Shown here piece after piece: positions 60,365-64,000 of a stretch of 64,000 nt of DNA. Where the stretch lies: the NCBI GenBank assembly GCA_036828955.1, contig DAISRJ010000002.1:9342-73341 (forward strand), in the 5' to 3' direction. Position 1 is the stretch's first letter; each line of letters starts with the position of its first letter. The notes beneath the pieces are model-generated. The model worked only from the letters and a program-made list of their open reading frames with translations, searched no databases and was not told the DNA's origin. This DNA is from Candidatus Dormiibacterota bacterium. Lineage in GTDB: Bacteria; Chloroflexota; Dormibacteria; Aeolococcales; Aeolococcaceae. Made by a program: the position numbers and the translations under genes.

Positions 60365-60709
60365 TTGCCCATCTACGGTTACCGCTGTCAGTCGTGCCAG
60401 CGCGAGTTCGAGGTGCAGAAGCGGATGAGTGATCCGCCCCAGGAGGCATGTCCTGACTGCGGTGGCCCCGGCGCGCGCCTGTTCTACCCGGCCGGCATCC
60501 TTTTCAAGGGCAGCGGGTTCTACAAGACCGACAGCCGCCCCGCCGTCACGGCGGCATCGTCCTCGAGCGCAGCTGCCGCGACCCCGGCGACAGACGGCGG
60601 TGGCTCAGCCGCGCCCCAAGCCCCCGCCAAGAGCTCCACGGCGCCCGCGTCCGGCGGGACGGGCACGCCGTCGACCTCTTCACCGAAGGCCCCAGCAGCA
60701 GCCGACTGA
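60365..60709 (+). CDS. FmdB-family zinc-ribbon protein with Ser/Ala/Pro-rich low-complexity tail
   Basis: TTG start 5 nt after GGAGA. PIYGYRCQSCQREFE...CPDCGG matches the FmdB N-terminus. The upstream part of track ORF 60218 is rejected. Confidence 0.6.
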   Translation: MPIYGYRCQSCQREFEVQKRMSDPPQEACPDCGGPGARLFYPAGILFKGSGFYKTDSRPAVTAASSSSAAAATPATDGGGSAAPQAPAKSSTAPASGGTGTPSTSSPKAPAAAD

Positions 60710-60778
60710 CCCCCCCGCATCGACCCCTCTGACAAAATCAGCGGTGACCGCCCCCGCGGCGCCAACCAGGAGATCCCC

Positions 60779-61108
60779 ATGCCCCACCCCGTGATCGTCA
60801 CCGACACCAGCTTCAAGCAGGAGGTGCTGGAGTCCGACGTGCCCGTGCTCGTGGACTTCTGGGCCTCGTGGTGCACCCCGTGCAAGATGGTCGCCCCCAT
60901 CGTCGAGGAGCTCGCGGGAGAGTACGAGGGTCGCGTCAAGGTCGCCAAGGTCGACGTCGACGCCAACCCGATCACCCCGGGCATGTTCGGGATCATGAGC
61001 ATCCCCACCCTCATGGTCTTCCGCGGCGGCAAGGCGGAGGAGCGCATCGTCGGCTACCAGCCCAAGCAGTCGCTCAAGGCCAAACTCGACGCCGTCCTCG
61101 TCGGCTGA
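60779..61108 (+). CDS. trxA: Thioredoxin
   Basis: WCTPC active site (a variant of WCGPC), 109 aa. Confidence 0.9.
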   Translation: MPHPVIVTDTSFKQEVLESDVPVLVDFWASWCTPCKMVAPIVEELAGEYEGRVKVAKVDVDANPITPGMFGIMSIPTLMVFRGGKAEERIVGYQPKQSLKAKLDAVLVG

Positions 61109-61114
61109 TCCCCG

Positions 61115-62428
61115 TCAGCCGGTCCGGGTGAGGCGGAGCGCGCCGCTGCCCACGGCATCGAGCACCTCGCCCGCCACGTAGAGGGAGCCGCACGCCACCA
61201 CCACGCCGTCGCGACCAGCCGTCTCGGTGGCTGCAGCCAGCGCCGAGGCGACGCTGGGTGCAATGTGTGCCCCCGGCCCCCACATCGCGGCCAGCGGCCC
61301 TGGGTCGGCCGCACGCGCAGGTGCCGGCGCCGCGAAGAACACGTCCGTTGTGAGCGGGCGCAGGGCCGCGACCATGTCGGCGTGGTCCTTGTCGGCCATT
61401 GCCCCGAAGACGGCGACGGTGCGCCGGCCCTCGCAGAGAGGGCGCGCGGCGGCGACCATGGCGGTGACCGCCTCGGTGTTGTGGCAGCCATCGACGAGGA
61501 CCGCCGGGGACCCGTCGATCCACTGCATCCGACCAGGCCATCGGACGGCCCCCGCCCCGCGCGCGATCGCCTCGTCCGGGATGGCCACGCCGCGGCGGTC
61601 GAGGACGCGCGCGACCTGGGCGGCAACGGCGAGGTTGCGCGCCTGGAACGCGCCGATCAGCGGCGTCGCCACCCGCAGGGGCGGGTCGTCGATGGCGATG
61701 GCGACGCCGGCCCGGCCGAGGTCATCCGCCCTCAACGACGCCGCCTCGCCCACGGCCGTGAACGACGCCGCCCCGGCACGCTCCGCCGCGGCTCGGATCA
61801 CGCTGAGGGCATCCCCCGAGGCGGCGGTGACCACGTCGTTGCCGGGCTTGATGATCGCCGCCTTCTCGGCGGCGATTGCGGCCACGTCGTCACCGAGTTG
61901 TTCGCGGTGGTCGAGGGCGATGCCGGTGACCACGGCGACACCGAGGTCGAGGACGTTGGTGCTGTCCAGCCTGCCGCCCAGGCCCACCTCGCAGATGAGC
62001 AGGTCGGGCCCCAACTGGCGGGCGGCGAGGATCCCCGCGGCAGTGAGCACCTCGAACACGGTCGGGGAGCCGAGGTCGCCGTCGATGCGCGCGGCGGCGT
62101 CGAGGACGCGGGCGACGAGACGCGCGAATCTCTGCTCGGCGATCGGCTCGCCGTCGAGAGCGATCCGTTCGCACCATGAGAGCAGGTGCGGTTTGGTGAG
62201 CAGAACCGTGCTCCGCCCCGCCGCCCGGGCCATCGACTCGACAAGTGCGCACACCGATCCCTTGCCGTTGGTGCCGGCGACGAGCACCCCCCGCAGCCCG
62301 CGCTGCGGCTCATCGAGCGCCGTGAGCAGCGCGTCGATGCCAGCAAGGCCCAGCTTCATGCCCCGCCCCTCCAGGCGGCTCAGCGCGGCCAGTGCGGCGG
62401 CGTAGTCCAGGCTCAGTGCCACGGCCAC
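61115..62428 (-). CDS. folC: Bifunctional folylpolyglutamate synthase / dihydrofolate synthase
   Basis: GTNGKGS P-loop and Mur-ligase architecture, 437 aa. Confidence 0.85.
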   Translation of the reverse strand: MAVALSLDYAAALAALSRLEGRGMKLGLAGIDALLTALDEPQRGLRGVLVAGTNGKGSVCALVESMARAAGRSTVLLTKPHLLSWCERIALDGEPIAEQRFARLVARVLDAAARIDGDLGSPTVFEVLTAAGILAARQLGPDLLICEVGLGGRLDSTNVLDLGVAVVTGIALDHREQLGDDVAAIAAEKAAIIKPGNDVVTAASGDALSVIRAAAERAGAASFTAVGEAASLRADDLGRAGVAIAIDDPPLRVATPLIGAFQARNLAVAAQVARVLDRRGVAIPDEAIARGAGAVRWPGRMQWIDGSPAVLVDGCHNTEAVTAMVAAARPLCEGRRTVAVFGAMADKDHADMVAALRPLTTDVFFAAPAPARAADPGPLAAMWGPGAHIAPSVASALAAATETAGRDGVVVACGSLYVAGEVLDAVGSGALRLTRTG

Positions 62429-62970
62429 TCCGCGGCCATCGCCTCCTCCGGTCCCGGGCGTGATACCACCTCGCTCAGCCAGAGCAGCCAGGCCCGGCGG
62501 CGAGGCTCCGAGTCATCCACAGCCTCAACGACCGGCACGCGCAGCAGCCGGCCCGTCTGGTGCGCGAGCGCGGCTTGGAACTCCTGGTACTCGAGGAGGG
62601 TCGGGGCGTCAACGACCGCGACAGTCCCTCCCGTGCACGCCACCTCGAAGCCGAAGATGCGGCCGGCGTCGTGGTCGAACGTGGAGCGCGGGGTGACACC
62701 GGCCACCTCGGTACCGGGCATCAGCCCGGTCAGGATCTCGAGCCAGGCGCGCTGCGGATTGGGGGCGGCATCGACCTGGTCGAGGCGAAACAGCTCCCCG
62801 GACAGCGCCGCCACGGCAACACAGAACTGGCGGCTGTAGAGAAGGTCGGCGCCACTCAGCGCCACGCTGCCGAGGACGTCGTCGTGATCGTCGACGAAGC
62901 TCACCATGAACGGCCGCGCGTACGGCTTGCGGGCCTCGTGCTCGGACCAGCGCAGGCGCAGGGTGGCCAC
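62413..62970 (-). CDS. Hypothetical protein (185 aa) embedded between folD and folC
   Basis: No recognisable motif. 16-nt overlap with the folC start and a 3-nt gap after folD, on the same strand. High GC3. Confidence 0.45.
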   Translation of the reverse strand: MATLRLRWSEHEARKPYARPFMVSFVDDHDDVLGSVALSGADLLYSRQFCVAVAALSGELFRLDQVDAAPNPQRAWLEILTGLMPGTEVAGVTPRSTFDHDAGRIFGFEVACTGGTVAVVDAPTLLEYQEFQAALAHQTGRLLRVPVVEAVDDSEPRRRAWLLWLSEVVSRPGPEEAMAAEWPWH

Positions 62971-62973
62971 CTG

Positions 62974-63849
62974 TCAGGGACGCGTCGGGGGCTGGCCGCC
63001 GCCACGCCGCGCCGCGCACAGCGACACCGTGTTGTGCATGAGCATGGCGATGGTCATCGGGCCCACGCCTCCCGGCACCGGTGTCAGCCACCCCGCCACG
63101 GGCTCGACCGAGGCACGGTCGACGTCGCCGCGCAGCTTCCCGTCCACCGACGAGGTGCCGACGTCGATGACGCATGCACCCGGTTTGACGTAGTCAGCGG
63201 TGATCATTCCCGGCCGCCCGATGGCGGCGACGAGGATGTCGGCAGTGCGGCACACCGCGGGGAGGTCGACTGTCCGTGAGTGGCACATGGTCACCGTGCA
63301 ATCGGCGTTGACGAGCAACATGGCCATGGGGCGTCCCACGATGGCGCTGCGGCCGATCACCACGGCGCGGCTGCCCCGGGTCGGCACCCCGCTGCGACGG
63401 AGCAGCTCCATGCAGCCGGCGGGGGTGCAGGAGACAACCGGGGCCGGCGCCCCCTGGGCGAGCAGGCCGAAGTTCAAGGGGTGCAGCCCGTCTGCATCCT
63501 TGTCGGGGCGGACCGCAGCCATGACGGCGTCGGGGTCGATCTGCGCCGGGAGGGGGAGCTGGACGAGGATGCCGTCGATGCCGTCGTCCTCGTCCATGGC
63601 CAGCACGATCTCGCTGATCGCCTCGGTGCTGCTGTCGGCGGGCGGCCGGCGCTCGTCGACACGGATCCCCAGCTCCTCGGCGACCTGTCCCTTGAGGCGC
63701 ACGTAGGTCGCAGACGCGGGGTCGTCGCCGCAGAGGACCACGCCCAGCCCGGGGCGGACCCCGAGAGCGGTCAGCTCGCCGACGCGCGCCTTCACCTCCT
63801 CGCGGACGGAGGCGGCGACCGCTCGTCCGTCGATGATCAGGGCGCTCAC
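62974..63849 (-). CDS. folD: Bifunctional methylenetetrahydrofolate dehydrogenase / methenyl-THF cyclohydrolase
   Basis: GTG start overlaps the upstream stop. YVRLKGQ (catalytic Lys), GRSAIVGRPMAMLL NADP-binding, PGGVGPMT motif. Confidence 0.9.
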   Translation of the reverse strand: MSALIIDGRAVAASVREEVKARVGELTALGVRPGLGVVLCGDDPASATYVRLKGQVAEELGIRVDERRPPADSSTEAISEIVLAMDEDDGIDGILVQLPLPAQIDPDAVMAAVRPDKDADGLHPLNFGLLAQGAPAPVVSCTPAGCMELLRRSGVPTRGSRAVVIGRSAIVGRPMAMLLVNADCTVTMCHSRTVDLPAVCRTADILVAAIGRPGMITADYVKPGACVIDVGTSSVDGKLRGDVDRASVEPVAGWLTPVPGGVGPMTIAMLMHNTVSLCAARRGGGQPPTRP

Positions 63850-64000
63850 GCGCCGGCATCCTGACGACCGCGTTCGATCATCACCGCGAACCGATGGAAG
63901 ACGCCGGCGATGGGCGGCTGCTTGGCGACGCGCACACGCACCGAGTCGACCCGGCTGTCGGCGAGGAGCGCAGCAGCGATCTCCTCGGCGACCGTCTCGA
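63846..64000 (-). CDS. folB: Dihydroneopterin aldolase family protein (FolB), 3' end only
   Basis: Manual translation of the minus strand: ..ETVAEEIAAALLADSRVDSVRVRVAKQPPIAGVFHRFAVMIERGRQDAGA*, matching FolB C-termini. It is truncated by the window edge. Confidence 0.55.
   Translation of the reverse strand, partial: ETVAEEIAAALLADSRVDSVRVRVAKQPPIAGVFHRFAVMIERGRQDAGA

Overview
This is a high-GC (about 70%) gene-dense window with actinobacterial character. GTG/TTG starts and 1-4 nt stop/start overlaps are frequent, and an LprG/LppX lipoprotein-MFS pair and an Eis-like GNAT are present. No transposase, integrase, CRISPR array or rRNA is visible.

Gene content, in order of position:
- Minus strand, 1-7887: a TldD plus partial PmbA/TldE-like peptidase pair, then a complete 5-gene oligopeptide/dipeptide ABC transporter.
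- 8038-11267: a HisKA_3 sensor kinase and NarL-type regulator.
- 11307-16863: a tightly overlapped hom-thrC-thrB-lysC operon followed by ychF.
- 17110-19481: an operon of a tail-anchored microprotein, an ArsA/Get3-family ATPase with an HSP20-like C-terminus, an 81-aa protein and a NUDIX hydrolase.
- 19530-23480: CaCA antiporter, SDR, TauE/SafE exporter, a hypothetical membrane protein and a CsaA-like tRNA-binding protein.
- 23550-27416: lprG-like lipoprotein, MFS (P55-like) transporter and CCA tRNA nucleotidyltransferase, overlapping stop/start.
- 27462-29715: DUF1232 protein, rplI and dnaB.
- 29840-32125: an LPG-synthase-TM-like membrane protein and an orphan cytoplasmic histidine kinase.
- 32169-37588: fumC, a HAD/2-hydroxyacid dehydrogenase pair, a DEAD-box helicase and an alpha/beta hydrolase.
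- 37613-40061: an Eis-like GNAT and a reversed-order rhodanese-ThiF (MoeZ-like) protein.
- 40153-45622: a MurE-like ligase, rsmG, a zinc-ribbon microprotein, a coiled-coil glucosaminidase and a GH15 hydrolase.
- 45630-49607: a nif3, membrane protein and penicillin/AHL acylase operon.
- 49703-51475: gcvT-gcvH, a hairpin/tandem-repeat-rich terminator region and tRNA-Val(CAC).
- 51635-53289: a NiCoT nickel transporter coupled to a Fur-family (Nur-like) regulator.
- 53446-54624: rpsF-ssb-rpsR with strong terminators.
- 54788-60709: a cell-wall amidase, then AGXT-type serC, serA, a DUF1015 protein, an RHH protein and an FmdB zinc ribbon.
- 60779-64000: trxA and a folC, unknown ORF, folD and partial folB cluster.

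Most long antisense ORFs in the six-frame track are GC-driven artefacts. Coordinates I derived by reading sequence lines (tRNA, hairpins, operator, promoter) may be off by a nucleotide or two.
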